Assembly: GCA_041389085.1 (NCBI GenBank)
Contig: JAWKSL010000001.1
Span: 102,765-166,764, forward strand
From: Minisyncoccota bacterium
Lineage (GTDB): Bacteria > Patescibacteriota > Minisyncoccia > UBA6257 > 1-14-0-10-44-23
DNA length: 64,000 bases
Direction: 5' to 3'
Shown here: positions 36,562-47,022 of the stretch, in pieces
Position numbering within the stretch: the first letter of the stretch is position 1
Layout of the letters: each line of letters opens with the position of its first letter
Program-made: the position numbers and the translations under genes
Notes under the pieces: generated by a model
What the model was told of the DNA's origin: nothing
What the model saw: only the letters and a program-made list of their open reading frames with translations
The model's database searches: none

Positions 36562-38397
36562 TTAGTCAAATTCTCGTATTTCTTTTTTGATTGTCTTTGG
36601 CGTGATGCCGTGTTTTTTGTTGTACTCAAGCTGTATTTTTCTGCGACGCTCACTTTCTTTTATCGCAGCGTTCATAGACTTGGTTTTACTATCGGCATAC
36701 AAAATAACACGGCCGTTTGCGTTTCGAGCAGCGCGGCCCATGGTTTGGATAAGGCTTGTTTCGTTTCTTAAAAATCCTTCTCTATCTGCATCGAGTATGG
36801 CAACTAAACTCACCTCTGGAAGGTCGAGCCCTTCTCTGAGAAGGTTTATGCCTACGAGAATGTCGAATTCCTGCTTTCGGAAATCTGAAAGTATCTTAGT
36901 GCGCTCAAAAGTATCGTTGTCGCCGTGCATGTAGCGCGACTTGAAGCCTTGCTCCTTCAGGAAAGTGTCGAGCTCCTCTGCCATCTTTTTTGTAAGAGTA
37001 AGAATAAGGGTGCGCTCGTTTTTCTTTGCAGTTTCTATAGCCTCCTGCATAACGTCGTCTACCTGGCTTCTATTCTTCTCTTTATCAAACACTGGGCGAA
37101 TTTCTATCGGTGGATCTACGAGCCCGGTTGGGCGAACGATTTGCTCCACTACGTTTTCTGAATGCTCTTTTTCATAGTCGCCTGGCGTTGCACTGGTATA
37201 TACAACTTGGCCTACGCGCTCTTCAAACTCTTTAAAGTTGAGCGGCCTGTTATCAAGAGCACTTGGAAGACGCCACCCGTGCTCCACGAGGGTTTCTTTT
37301 CGACTTCTGTCGCCGGCAAACATTCCTCGCACCTGCGGAACGCTAATGTGGCTTTCGTCGATGATGGTCAGAAAATCTGGCGTTCCATCTTCTTTGTGTG
37401 GGAAATAGCCGAGAAGTGTATCTGGAGCATCGCCTGGGAGCTTTCCGGTAAGGTGGCGACTGTAGTTTTCTATCCCGTGGCAAAAGCCGAGGGTTTGGAG
37501 CATCTCCATATCGTACTTCGTGCGACGCGCGAGTCTTTCACCTTCAAGCAGAAGCCCTTTCTTCTTTAGATACACGAGCCGCTCTTTAAGCTCCTCTTTT
37601 ATATCTTTAATAGCCCTCTCGCGGTCTGGCAGACTGGTAACAAAGTGCTTTGGTGGGAAGATAAGTATTTCAGTAAGGTCTTCTTTTATATTTCTGGTTA
37701 CTGCCTCTGTTATCGCTATTGAAAGAACCTCCTGGTCTTTGAGCTCTATACGGTATACGAGCTCCTCGCTGGCAAACTGTATTTCAAACACATCGCCTCT
37801 AAGGCGGAAGTTTCCTCTCTTGAGCGCTGTCTGGTTTCTCTCAAACCCGATCTTTACCAAGTTTTTCATCAAATCTTGCCTGGTGATTTTCTGCCCTACC
37901 TCGAGTTTTATAACTGAGTCGAAATAGTTTTCTGGCAAACCAAGGTTGTAGATACAGGAAACACTAGCTACGACGATAACGTCGCTTCTCGTTAAAAGTG
38001 AACTGGTAGCAAGGTGACGAAACTTGTCTATTTCTTCGTTTATCATCGCCTCTTTCTCAATGTAGGTGTCTGTCGTAGGTAAATATGCTTCCGGCTGGTA
38101 GTAGTCGTAGTATGAAACGAAGTAGCAAACACGGTTTTTTGGGAAGAAGCTTTTGTACTCCTGATAAAGCTGGGCTGCAAGTGTTTTGTTTGGCGCTATC
38201 ACCAGCGTTGGTTTTTGTATTTTCTGAATAACGTTTGCAACGGTAAAAGTTTTTCCGCTTCCGGTAACTCCGAGCAACGTTTGATGGCGCTGCCCTTTTT
38301 CTATACCTTCAATTAGCCCTTTGATAGCTTTGGGTTGATCTCCCGCCGGAGCGAAGTCTGAGCTTAGTTCGAATTTTATATTCTTTCTATTTGGCAT
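36562..38397 (-). CDS. uvrB: excinuclease ABC subunit B
   Basis: GVTGSGKTFT Walker A, helicase motifs; start set at MPNRKNIKF (38397). Confidence 0.9.
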   Translation of the reverse strand: MPNRKNIKFELSSDFAPAGDQPKAIKGLIEGIEKGQRHQTLLGVTGSGKTFTVANVIQKIQKPTLVIAPNKTLAAQLYQEYKSFFPKNRVCYFVSYYDYYQPEAYLPTTDTYIEKEAMINEEIDKFRHLATSSLLTRSDVIVVASVSCIYNLGLPENYFDSVIKLEVGQKITRQDLMKNLVKIGFERNQTALKRGNFRLRGDVFEIQFASEELVYRIELKDQEVLSIAITEAVTRNIKEDLTEILIFPPKHFVTSLPDRERAIKDIKEELKERLVYLKKKGLLLEGERLARRTKYDMEMLQTLGFCHGIENYSRHLTGKLPGDAPDTLLGYFPHKEDGTPDFLTIIDESHISVPQVRGMFAGDRSRKETLVEHGWRLPSALDNRPLNFKEFEERVGQVVYTSATPGDYEKEHSENVVEQIVRPTGLVDPPIEIRPVFDKEKNRSQVDDVMQEAIETAKKNERTLILTLTKKMAEELDTFLKEQGFKSRYMHGDNDTFERTKILSDFRKQEFDILVGINLLREGLDLPEVSLVAILDADREGFLRNETSLIQTMGRAARNANGRVILYADSKTKSMNAAIKESERRRKIQLEYNKKHGITPKTIKKEIREFD

Positions 38398-38620
38398 AGT
38401 GCTTTTTGAAGGCTTTTTGCTGTAGTAGAAGCTAACAGTCAGACTGAGCTTCACTACCGGGCAGGCCTGCTGGTTTGAACTTTGAATCAAGCTCAAATTT
38501 TACTTTTCGTCTTCCTTTGTTGGGCATTTATGAAATATGGTAAGCGCCCAGAATTTAGCCCTCTGGGTTAATGTATTGTTCCTGTGCGCACTTTTGCGCG
38601 CACAGGAAAGTCGAGGTCAG

Positions 38621-38791
38621 CTGAAGCGCCGAACGCCACACCTGCGACGGAAGACTCCTCCGGGCGTGACCCGAGAGCTACCGCCCCTTCTTGGTGCATG
38701 GAAGCTGGGAATACTTCGTGGCACCTTCGTTGTAGCCCTGGAGACCAGGGCACTGATGCCGACAAGCGCGATGAACCGTGCTGCGTCCATG
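38621..38791 (-). CDS. small secreted peptide (56 aa, island L)
   Basis: AAGGAGGGG upstream of ATG; signal-like N-term; perfect 10 bp hairpin tcctgtgcgc/gcgcacagga at 38596-38625. Confidence 0.3.
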
Positions 38792-38828
38792 CTTTACGCC
38801 CCTCCTTTTGCAGGCGTCTTCTTATTTT

Positions 38829-39809
38829 CTATTCCTCAGCCTCTGGTGTCAAATTTACCCCGCGGACTTCTCCTCCACGCTCGATAAGGCGGTTTGCTTC
38901 AACGTTTTCCTTGAGCTTTATCATTTCATGAATTTCTTGAAGCTTTTGAGCCTGCTCTGCGCGCTGGTTTGCCTGGCGCAGAAGGGCTTGAGCGGCCTGC
39001 TTATTCTCTTCTGCTTTATCTAAAATTGAGCCTTCTCGTAGCGTCTTCTGACCTTCCTCTATTTTATCTTCGATGTCTTTTTGCGCGGCAGCGTGTACCT
39101 GCTCGCGAATTTTCTCGTAGCGTTTTCTGGCTGCTTCTATATTTTCTTGTGCCTTCAGCTCCTCTTCTTCAACGGTCATGTCGTCTTCGGCTACATACTC
39201 TGGTGGCGTAATGTTCTTTCGCATAAGCTGAATGCGCGACACAAACGAGTTTAGATTTTCGCTGTTTTCAAAATTTTCTACGATAGTTGAGACTACTTCT
39301 TCGTGAGTTTGTAGTTGAAGATTTATTTCCCCCTGCAATACGTACGCTGTTGTCGTAGCGAGCTGCGCAAGACTTTCATTTATACGCTCTGCTCTCTGGT
39401 TTACTTGGCTTTCTATATCTTTCTTTAGCTCTGCTTCAAGCCTTCCTTGAGCTGCAAGTATTTCTGCCTCTTTGAGGCGCTCCTCAAGAAGACGGGCGTT
39501 TGTTTTTGTCTTTGCCTGAGCTCCTACTGAAACCATTTCTTGCACTCGCTCGTTTACTTGAGTTTTAACAACGTAAAGCTTTTCCCCCGGAAGTGACCCC
39601 TGTGCTGCAAAGCTTGTACCTGCTGAGAGCATAATAATGAGAACTCCTGCTACTGGTGCATACCCAAAGTGCATAAAGTTTGCTCGCACTCCTTTTATAC
39701 GAGACGGATTTTGCGCCACAAACAAAAGTAGCTCACCTTTAATACCCTCTTTGGTTTTCCTTGAGAGTCTTATAGTTTTGCACTTTTTGAATTCTTTATT
39801 TAGTCTCAT
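38829..39809 (-). CDS. putative anti-sigma factor (membrane-anchored, coiled-coil)
   Basis: start overlaps ECF sigma stop by 14 nt; single TM then extracytoplasmic coiled coil. Confidence 0.5.
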   Translation of the reverse strand: MRLNKEFKKCKTIRLSRKTKEGIKGELLLFVAQNPSRIKGVRANFMHFGYAPVAGVLIIMLSAGTSFAAQGSLPGEKLYVVKTQVNERVQEMVSVGAQAKTKTNARLLEERLKEAEILAAQGRLEAELKKDIESQVNQRAERINESLAQLATTTAYVLQGEINLQLQTHEEVVSTIVENFENSENLNSFVSRIQLMRKNITPPEYVAEDDMTVEEEELKAQENIEAARKRYEKIREQVHAAAQKDIEDKIEEGQKTLREGSILDKAEENKQAAQALLRQANQRAEQAQKLQEIHEMIKLKENVEANRLIERGGEVRGVNLTPEAEE

Positions 39810-40332
39810 ACGCTTTTTTGAGTTTTTGCACCGCCCTATGGATCCTTACCGAAACTACGTTTGTGGTGAGGTCGAGAAGACTTGCTATCTCCTTCGGCCT
39901 CAGATCATCTACAAACCGCATCAGTATCAGATCTTTATCTTCCGGCTCAAGCTCGTCGAGCTTATGCAGAAGCGCCTTTATGTCTGCTGCCTTCTCGATG
40001 TCTTTATGACTATCGTCTGAGACTTGCAAGCCATCGTCGGTGAGAGCGTCTAAGGACGACTCTTTCTTTTTTCTATAGTGGTCGATGATGAGGTTTGTAG
40101 CGACCCTATACAAAAATGCCCTTATGTTTTTGGGAGTTTCGTTTTCACGCATATACTCCCACGTCTTCATAAAGGTTTCCTGCATCAAATTCTCTGCAGT
40201 ATCCTTATCTGAAACACGAAAGTAGCAGTGCCTATAAATCGCGTCTGCGTATTTTTCGTATGCTTTTGAAAAAACTTTTTGGGGATTTTTCATTATCTTT
40301 GACGCTTTATAGCGCGTTTCCTTACTTTCCAA
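39796..40332 (-). CDS. RNA polymerase sigma factor, ECF subfamily
   Basis: region 2 and region 4 motifs (DLILMRFVDDL..EIA..L). Confidence 0.85.
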   Translation of the reverse strand: MESKETRYKASKIMKNPQKVFSKAYEKYADAIYRHCYFRVSDKDTAENLMQETFMKTWEYMRENETPKNIRAFLYRVATNLIIDHYRKKKESSLDALTDDGLQVSDDSHKDIEKAADIKALLHKLDELEPEDKDLILMRFVDDLRPKEIASLLDLTTNVVSVRIHRAVQKLKKAYETK

Positions 40333-41020
40333 GGCGCTTTTCTCGCCTTAGAGCCTTACTAAGGGCTTTTCTTAAATCTGCTTTTGTAAATTGAGGCCAG
40401 AGCTTTTCAGTAAAATAGAAGTCGGTGTTTGCAGCCTGCCACATCATAAACCCTGCTGACCAGTGTGGTTCCCCTCCTGTGCGTATAACGAGGTCTAGGT
40501 CTGGGAGCGACCCAGTCTGAAGGTTTTTCCTAAACTCTTCTTCTCCCTTCTTCCCACCCATCTTACGGGCTGCCTCTAGCACTTCTTTCCTCCCATCGTA
40601 GCCGAAAAGAATTGTGAGAAAGTGATCTTTATTTTTCTCTGTTTTTTGCTCAAGCGCTGCTATGCACTTATCGAGCTCTTTATCTTTTACTATCTTAGCA
40701 CCGTCGCCAACTATTCTCACCTGCACTCCTTCGTCCATCAAATCGCTACTTTCTACCATTTCTTTTAGATAGCTTTTAAGGAGGCGCACCAAAAAGGCTA
40801 CTTCTTGCTTTGAGCGCTTCTGAAGATTGTCTATCGATGCAGCCCAAAAAGTAAGGTAGCGAACATCGTTCCTAAAACTCTCCTTCATAATCTGCTCAAA
40901 CTGAGCAGCTCCTTTTTTGTATCCGTTCCACAAACTAAGCTTCGCGCCGCGCGCAAAGCGCCTGTTTCCATCTGGAATTATTGCTACGTGGTTCAAACTC
41001 ATGTCTTTCAAGAATATCAC
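40322..41020 (-). CDS. uppS: isoprenyl transferase (undecaprenyl diphosphate synthase)
   Basis: HVAIIPDGNRRFA motif. Confidence 0.9.
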   Translation of the reverse strand: MIFLKDMSLNHVAIIPDGNRRFARGAKLSLWNGYKKGAAQFEQIMKESFRNDVRYLTFWAASIDNLQKRSKQEVAFLVRLLKSYLKEMVESSDLMDEGVQVRIVGDGAKIVKDKELDKCIAALEQKTEKNKDHFLTILFGYDGRKEVLEAARKMGGKKGEEEFRKNLQTGSLPDLDLVIRTGGEPHWSAGFMMWQAANTDFYFTEKLWPQFTKADLRKALSKALRREKRLGK

Positions 41021-41066
41021 TATTTAAAAGTCGTGGGCGGGAACATTACTGCTCCCGCCCATGCGG

Positions 41067-41378
41067 TCAGCTGGCCCTGCGCAGCGGCGATACAATTCGC
41101 CGGCGCTTGTAGCCTGCTGACTGGAAGAAGTTCGGCGCCTTCCGGAAGATTCTCCCATCTGAGCTCTGATAGACCGTGAAGCGAAGCTCCTTGTCTGTCT
41201 TTGCCCTTTCAAGAAGAGTCCACAGAATGGACTTGGCGTTCTCAGGGATGTCGAGGACATGCACCTGCTTGCCGCCAATCTCGATAGGCCGAACTGCTGT
41301 GTCATGTGCGCCATCTGCCAGCGCACCTGCGAGGGCGTTTCGCGCCTTCTCGCTCTGCGTATATACGTACCATCGCAT
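41067..41378 (-). CDS. hypothetical protein (island M)
   Basis: ORF followed by hairpin gggcggga/tcccgccc at 41037-41062. Confidence 0.4.
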   Translation of the reverse strand: MRWYVYTQSEKARNALAGALADGAHDTAVRPIEIGGKQVHVLDIPENAKSILWTLLERAKTDKELRFTVYQSSDGRIFRKAPNFFQSAGYKRRRIVSPLRRAS

Positions 41379-41450
41379 CGCAATGCCTTTCCGCAGGCTA
41401 GGAATCTAACCCAGCACGAAACTATGACAGCTTTACTCAAAAAGTAAAGT

Positions 41451-42221
41451 CTAAATGTTGAAAAGTAGAATGAAGGCGAGGATAGCGAATGCTATGCGGT
41501 AGTAGCCGAATGCTTTGAAGTCGTTTTGCTGAATGAACTTCAGAAGAAACTTTACTGCGGCGAGGGCAACAACGAAAGACACGGCGCATCCGATCAGCAG
41601 AAGCCTTATCTGCTCTGCGGTAAATACTGGAGCTGTCTTGAGAAGGTCGAGCCCGGTTGCAGCTGCCATCGTTGGGATGGCCAGAAGGAAAGAAAACTCC
41701 ACAATTGCTCTGCGGCTCAATCCAAGGCCAATACCACCCAAAATCGTTGCTGCGGCTCTTGATACTCCTGGTACTATGGCAAGGCTCTGAAAGAGGCCGA
41801 TGCTTACTGCTTGTTTTATTGTTATGTCCTTTACCTCTGTGCCTTCTTTTTCTTTGAACATGTATTCGAAAATGATGATTGCTACTCCTCCGAGAAAGAG
41901 AGCGTAAAGCACCGTTGTGGTAGAGCCAAGCAAGACGCTTTTTACAATTGGGTATGCAAGGAGTCCGATAACTGCTGTTGGTATAAAGGCGCAGAGCACT
42001 TTTATAAACGTATCTTTATCGAGCAGAAGACGCCTCCAGTATAAAAAGAGTACGGCAAGGATGGCTCCAAGCTGTATTGCTATTTCAAATGTAGTTAAAA
42101 AGCTGCTTTGCTCAACGGCGAGAGCCTTTGCTGCTATAATTAAGTGGCCTGTTGAAGATATTGGCAAAAACTCAGTAATACCTTCGACAATACCTAGGAT
42201 AATTGCTTGCAGAACTGTCAT
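41451..42221 (-). CDS. uppP: undecaprenyl-diphosphatase
   Basis: multi-TM with PGVSRAAATI motif. Confidence 0.85.
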   Translation of the reverse strand: MTVLQAIILGIVEGITEFLPISSTGHLIIAAKALAVEQSSFLTTFEIAIQLGAILAVLFLYWRRLLLDKDTFIKVLCAFIPTAVIGLLAYPIVKSVLLGSTTTVLYALFLGGVAIIIFEYMFKEKEGTEVKDITIKQAVSIGLFQSLAIVPGVSRAAATILGGIGLGLSRRAIVEFSFLLAIPTMAAATGLDLLKTAPVFTAEQIRLLLIGCAVSFVVALAAVKFLLKFIQQNDFKAFGYYRIAFAILAFILLFNI

Positions 42222-42241
42222 TAGAACTATATTAGCAAATT

Positions 42242-42499
42242 ATGGACTCACTTTTGAAATCTGACATATTTTTTATCGTGACTACGGCTATGGTCATACT
42301 TGTGGCCCTTGCTGTACTTGTAATTCTTTTTTACCTCTTTCGTATTGTACGCACTGCAAAGAAGGTGTCTGACGAGGTAGCAAAAACCGTAGACCATATC
42401 GCAAAAGATACCGAGAAAGCTCGCTCAAAAATTAAAACCACTGGGCTTTCTGGAGTAGTTGAGATAATAGCCGGAACAAAAAAGAAAAAGCGTAAATAG
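42242..42499 (+). CDS. small membrane protein
   Basis: one TM, Lys-rich tail. Confidence 0.45.
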   Translation: MDSLLKSDIFFIVTTAMVILVALAVLVILFYLFRIVRTAKKVSDEVAKTVDHIAKDTEKARSKIKTTGLSGVVEIIAGTKKKKRK

Positions 42500-42502
42500 C
42501 TT

Positions 42503-43318
42503 ATGTTTCTCAGCCCCGTAATTCGCCAAGCGCTTACATCGATGAGGGAAGACAAAACTCATCGGCTTGGCGCTGCGCTTGCCTACTACTCTTTGTTTTC
42601 CCTTGTTCCACTTCTCCTTTTTCTTCTCTTTATATTTGGAGGGCTTCTTTCACAGCCTGGCGTGCAGTTGGGGGTGCTCAATAGCGTAGGACAATACTTC
42701 GGCGCTCCAGTAAAGGAGCTCCTTGGCTCTGTTCTTTCTAATGTGCAGTCTGTCCGAATAGAAGGAGTTTATGGGCTCATACTCCTTGGTGTGCTCCTTT
42801 TTAGCGCAACTGGGGCATTCCGCCACCTAAAAGAGTCTATGAACATTATCTGGCACATATCGGAGGTGCCGCGCTTTTCTATACTTACCACCATCTATAA
42901 AAACTCTCTTGCCCTTTTTATGATTTTCTTCACTGGACTGCTCATGCTTGTTTCTATGAGCTTCACTGTCGCCTTCTCCTCCGTACTCGAACAAGGGCTT
43001 TTAAGCTTTAGAGTTTTTGAGGCAATCAACTTCCTATTTACCCTCTCTATCACTTCCGTAGTTTTTGCGCTGATGTTTTCAAGCCTGCCTGACAAAACTC
43101 TGTCATTCAAAGAGATGTTTCTTCCTGGATTTATAACAGCCCTTTTGTTTGTGCTTGTTAAGATACCTTTTGGTATCTACTTAGGACTAAGCAATATAAC
43201 CACAACATTTGGAGCTGCTGGTTCGATGGTGGTGTTCCTTCTCTGGATCTATGTAAGTGCCCAAATTTTCCTTTTCGGAGCTGAGCTTTCGCGAGCTCAC
43301 TATCTTTCGAAGAAATAA
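42503..43318 (+). CDS. YihY/BrkB family membrane protein
   Basis: LGAALAYYSLFSLVPLL motif. Confidence 0.8.
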   Translation: MFLSPVIRQALTSMREDKTHRLGAALAYYSLFSLVPLLLFLLFIFGGLLSQPGVQLGVLNSVGQYFGAPVKELLGSVLSNVQSVRIEGVYGLILLGVLLFSATGAFRHLKESMNIIWHISEVPRFSILTTIYKNSLALFMIFFTGLLMLVSMSFTVAFSSVLEQGLLSFRVFEAINFLFTLSITSVVFALMFSSLPDKTLSFKEMFLPGFITALLFVLVKIPFGIYLGLSNITTTFGAAGSMVVFLLWIYVSAQIFLFGAELSRAHYLSKK

Positions 43319-43350
43319 AAAAGTGCCCATTCCTGGGCACTTTTTCGTCT
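43319..43350 (+). terminator. intrinsic terminator (bidirectional)
   Basis: aaaaaagtgcccattcctgggcactttttcg. Confidence 0.65.
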
Positions 43351-43744
43351 AGTTCTGGTCGCCTGTACAGTGTGCGCACTTCGTCGCTTCGATGTTGATT
43401 TTTTCTTTGCAGAATCTGCAGGTTTTTGTTGTTGGCGCTGCGGGCTCTTCATCTTTTTCATTGAGCTTGTTTATGGCCTTTACTACAAGGAATATTGAAA
43501 ATGCGATGATAATAAACTCTATCAAAGCATTGATAAAGTTTCCGTACATGATTGCTGAGGTTTCCGTAAGTGGAATGCTGAGATTTGAGAAGTCTATCTT
43601 TCCGGTAAAGATGGAAAGGATAGGGTTTATAAGATCGTTTACTACTGAGCTTACTATTTTCCCAAACGCAGCTCCGATTACAACACCGACTGCAAGATCT
43701 ACGGCGTTGCCCTTAATGGCGAACTTTTTGAATTCTTCAATCAT
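43349..43744 (-). CDS. mscL: large-conductance mechanosensitive channel with C-terminal zinc-ribbon extension
   Basis: [20 protein letters not shown]; extra C-term [18 protein letters not shown]. Confidence 0.85.
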   Translation of the reverse strand: MIEEFKKFAIKGNAVDLAVGVVIGAAFGKIVSSVVNDLINPILSIFTGKIDFSNLSIPLTETSAIMYGNFINALIEFIIIAFSIFLVVKAINKLNEKDEEPAAPTTKTCRFCKEKINIEATKCAHCTGDQN

Positions 43745-43757
43745 AGTTTTATAGTTT

Positions 43758-44921
43758 TTACTTTTTAGGACTTTCGAGACGCAGCCAGCCTTGTATAAGC
43801 AGTGGGCCTACAAAGGTGGTGATTGCTGAAAGTATTACTAACGATGATATCAAGTCTTCGTGAATAATACCAAGCTCAAGCCCTGAAAATGCTACTGCGA
43901 GCGTAGTCGATAGCTGAGGTATGCCAGCTACCCCCATCAGACCCGCCTCCTTTGGCGGAATCCTGTTGAGACGTCCAGCGAGATAACCAGCCACAAACTT
44001 TGCTAATATGAGCGCTGCGACAGTAGCTACTGTGAGGTTAAGTATGTTTTTATCTGCGCTCGTAAATGCACTGATATCTATCTTTGCTCCTACAACCATG
44101 AAAAATATCGGGATAAATAGTCCGTAGCTTATTGCTGAAAGCTTACCCTTGAGCTGATCTTTGCGTACAGAGTCTGAAAGAATAAGCCCTGCAAGGAAGC
44201 CTCCAACAATTGGGTGAAGTCCTACGATTTGAAAAGCTATAACTGAACCAAGGAGCATGACGAGTACAACCTGAAGCTCGTGCCCACCTTTTTGCTCATC
44301 TGCAAAAAGAAATCCCATAACTTTTTCTACTGGTTTTTTAATCCAGCGCAGCCCAGCGAAAAGCACCAAAATAAGCGGGTACAAAACCCCTGGCTGAATT
44401 GGGCTGAGGTCGTTTGTCGTTTGGAAAATTAGAGAGAGAAGGAAAAGGCTTGAGATGTCGAGCACAATTGTCGTATCGACAATGAGCTTGCCTACTTTTG
44501 TGCCGAGCTTGCCTGCCCTCTCGAGGGTAGGAATAACAACTGCTACCGATGAAGATATAAAGATAACTCCCAAAAGCACAGAGGCATTTCTTCCAAGCTC
44601 GAAGAAATTTCCTACTCCAAAACCGGCAAGGAATGGGATGGTAATACCGAGCGCCGCTGCAATAACAATCTCCTTCTTTAGCCCTGCAAAGCTTGAGAGT
44701 CGTGCCTCAAGTCCGGCCATAAACATAAGAAAGATAAGCCCGATCTCTGCGATAAAGAGCACTGTTTCGTTTAGGGAAACGAGCGCGAGCCCCTGAGGAC
44801 CGACTACTATTCCAGCAACAATCAACGCTACCACCCAAGGAAGATGGAAGCGATTAAAAATTTCAGAGAAAAAGAGTCCTGCAAAGAGAATGATAAAGAA
44901 AGAAAGTAGTGCTGAGGCCAT
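43758..44921 (-). CDS. cation:proton antiporter (Na+/H+ exchanger family)
   Basis: 11-12 TM CPA fold. Confidence 0.75.
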   Translation of the reverse strand: MASALLSFFIILFAGLFFSEIFNRFHLPWVVALIVAGIVVGPQGLALVSLNETVLFIAEIGLIFLMFMAGLEARLSSFAGLKKEIVIAAALGITIPFLAGFGVGNFFELGRNASVLLGVIFISSSVAVVIPTLERAGKLGTKVGKLIVDTTIVLDISSLFLLSLIFQTTNDLSPIQPGVLYPLILVLFAGLRWIKKPVEKVMGFLFADEQKGGHELQVVLVMLLGSVIAFQIVGLHPIVGGFLAGLILSDSVRKDQLKGKLSAISYGLFIPIFFMVVGAKIDISAFTSADKNILNLTVATVAALILAKFVAGYLAGRLNRIPPKEAGLMGVAGIPQLSTTLAVAFSGLELGIIHEDLISSLVILSAITTFVGPLLIQGWLRLESPKK

Positions 44922-44926
44922 TTGGT

Positions 44927-45607
44927 CTACTTTTGTTTGTCTTTTTTCTTGAGGGCTTTTAGCTCTTCGTCTACCTTACTTTCTGCGCGATAGAAGCGCA
45001 TGAATGAAAACGTCACAATTCCCCCAAACACAATACCGATTGTGTTCATAAAGAATACGAGAAGAAAAAATCTTGATAGCGCAAACCCTGTCCCTGCTAG
45101 CCCAATACCGATAAGGCTCAGTGGTGGCACTAAAGAGACTGCTACTGCTATACCTGGAAGAATATCTGAGCTATTGCGGTGTGCAAAAGCGAAAGTTGCT
45201 GCTGCTCCTGAGCAGAGCGCCACGATAAAGTAGAGCACTGCTGTGCGCATCGTATCTGCAAAAAAGAAATCTTGTGGTGGTTGCCCAAAGATAAAGCGAA
45301 GGAGAAATCCTGAGAAAACAATAAACCCAAATGATTTGAGGAGAAAGAAAGACATTCTCCTGAGCAACTCTCCTCTGCCGACTGTTATAGCAAGGGCTAT
45401 AGCAATAATCGGAGTGAGGACTGGTGTTACTATCATGCCTCCGATCACAATTGCTGAGTTTGAGAGTAAAAGGCCGCTCGTGATAATAAGGCTCGAAACA
45501 AAGAGGAGAAAATAGTATGTAAACGATGGTTGGCTCTTTGCTATAAGCTCATCTACGGTGTGAAATTGCTGCTTTTTTGTCGGTACAGCGGTTCTTTTTA
45601 GTGCCAT
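44927..45607 (-). CDS. DUF389-like membrane protein
   Basis: multi-TM pattern. Confidence 0.5.
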   Translation of the reverse strand: MALKRTAVPTKKQQFHTVDELIAKSQPSFTYYFLLFVSSLIITSGLLLSNSAIVIGGMIVTPVLTPIIAIALAITVGRGELLRRMSFFLLKSFGFIVFSGFLLRFIFGQPPQDFFFADTMRTAVLYFIVALCSGAAATFAFAHRNSSDILPGIAVAVSLVPPLSLIGIGLAGTGFALSRFFLLVFFMNTIGIVFGGIVTFSFMRFYRAESKVDEELKALKKKDKQK

Positions 45608-45626
45608 ATATGGCTTAGTATAGCAT

Positions 45627-46214
45627 TTAGAGCACTAATTTTGTCATATCGATGGTTAAAATTTCGTGAAGCGGGGCAAAGTTTTCTGCCTGCTCCTCTA
45701 CTGTGCGTGTATAGACGTGCACAATGTCTGCGTTTTGCGTTACAACAAACTCGGTGCCTGCTCCCGCCCACCAGCACATAGCAAATGAGCGCGGCTCTCC
45801 TTCTGTACCGCTCATATCGAGGCTGCTCTTCATTTCACTGCAGGTGCCCTGGTGCGTACCAAGCTTAAACCCACCGAGTTTTATTGGGCGGCCATCTATC
45901 TGGAAGTCGTCTAGGTAAATCCTCACGAGTGAATACGGTAGCTCCCCTGCCTGTTCAAGCTCAAAGAACTCCCAGCGAATTTTTGAAAATGAATATGTCT
46001 CGCTACGCACCTGCTGGTACATGTATCCAGCATCAGCACCATCGGTCGCTCCGATGTCGGTAATATCGAAAGGCTTCTCTTGTGCTACCTGCTCCTCGCT
46101 CTCCTGCTGTTCCTGTTTCTCTCCTTCTGGCTCTTTTTTAGGTTTTTGACTAACAAGAATTGGCAGTACGGCTAACAACACTATTGCAGTTACTATGAGT
46201 GTATTTCTTTTCAT
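45627..46214 (-). CDS. secreted hypothetical protein
   Basis: signal peptide. Confidence 0.45.
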   Translation of the reverse strand: MKRNTLIVTAIVLLAVLPILVSQKPKKEPEGEKQEQQESEEQVAQEKPFDITDIGATDGADAGYMYQQVRSETYSFSKIRWEFFELEQAGELPYSLVRIYLDDFQIDGRPIKLGGFKLGTHQGTCSEMKSSLDMSGTEGEPRSFAMCWWAGAGTEFVVTQNADIVHVYTRTVEEQAENFAPLHEILTIDMTKLVL

Positions 46215-47002
46215 TGCAGTATATTGTCTTGATCGAGGACAAAAACCTCCTCTTTGTCTTTTGCTCTTACAGTATACTCTCCTGCTTTAAGCCCGTATAT
46301 ATCAAGTGTCACTGATTCTTCGAATGGTACAAGTGCTTGCGTACAGAGCGCCTCTGCATCTCTCGCTGTCGCTACATCAATAGTGAATTGCTTGCCCACT
46401 GCGCTAAAGCGCGACTTTACGCTCTCTATCTGCGTACATCCGTCTGCTAGACTCCCTTTTACGATCGCTCTCATTTGAAGAGGGAAAGACTCAAGCATGA
46501 GAAGGTCTATGCCGTCTACGTAGTAAATTCCCTCTACTAAATCTCCTCCAAGCGAAAATGTTTGCACTTGCTCTGAGGCGATCACAATATAATCCCCTCT
46601 CTCTAAACCACTTGTATCGAGCGGTACTTCGCGCGTGAAGTTTCTTGTTCCACTTTCACACTTTTTATTTTCATCTCTTTGGGCAATAACGCTTATATCG
46701 AAGGTGGCCGTACTTGTGTCGCGTAGTGTTTCTACTTGTAGCACCTCTGTGCAACTATCTTTTAGCGTCCCTTCAATATATGCGACTGCGGTATCGCCCT
46801 GGACTTCCACTGAAAGTTCATCGGTGCGTGCTATCACAGTCACTTTTCCATCCTGCTCTTCAAGAATAAGCTCTCCTGATTTGCTAAAGTCGCGCGAAGT
46901 TATCGCCCAGCTAAAAAATGCCAGCGCCACAAGGAAAAATACTACTACTAAGCTCATTCGCTTCATTGGCGTGATAATACCATGCGCTCCCCCGCATACC
47001 AA
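46211..47002 (-). CDS. secreted hypothetical protein
   Basis: signal peptide; 4 nt overlap with next gene. Confidence 0.45.
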   Translation of the reverse strand: MVCGGAHGIITPMKRMSLVVVFFLVALAFFSWAITSRDFSKSGELILEEQDGKVTVIARTDELSVEVQGDTAVAYIEGTLKDSCTEVLQVETLRDTSTATFDISVIAQRDENKKCESGTRNFTREVPLDTSGLERGDYIVIASEQVQTFSLGGDLVEGIYYVDGIDLLMLESFPLQMRAIVKGSLADGCTQIESVKSRFSAVGKQFTIDVATARDAEALCTQALVPFEESVTLDIYGLKAGEYTVRAKDKEEVFVLDQDNILQ

Positions 47003-47022
47003 AAAGGCCCTTGCGGGCCTTT

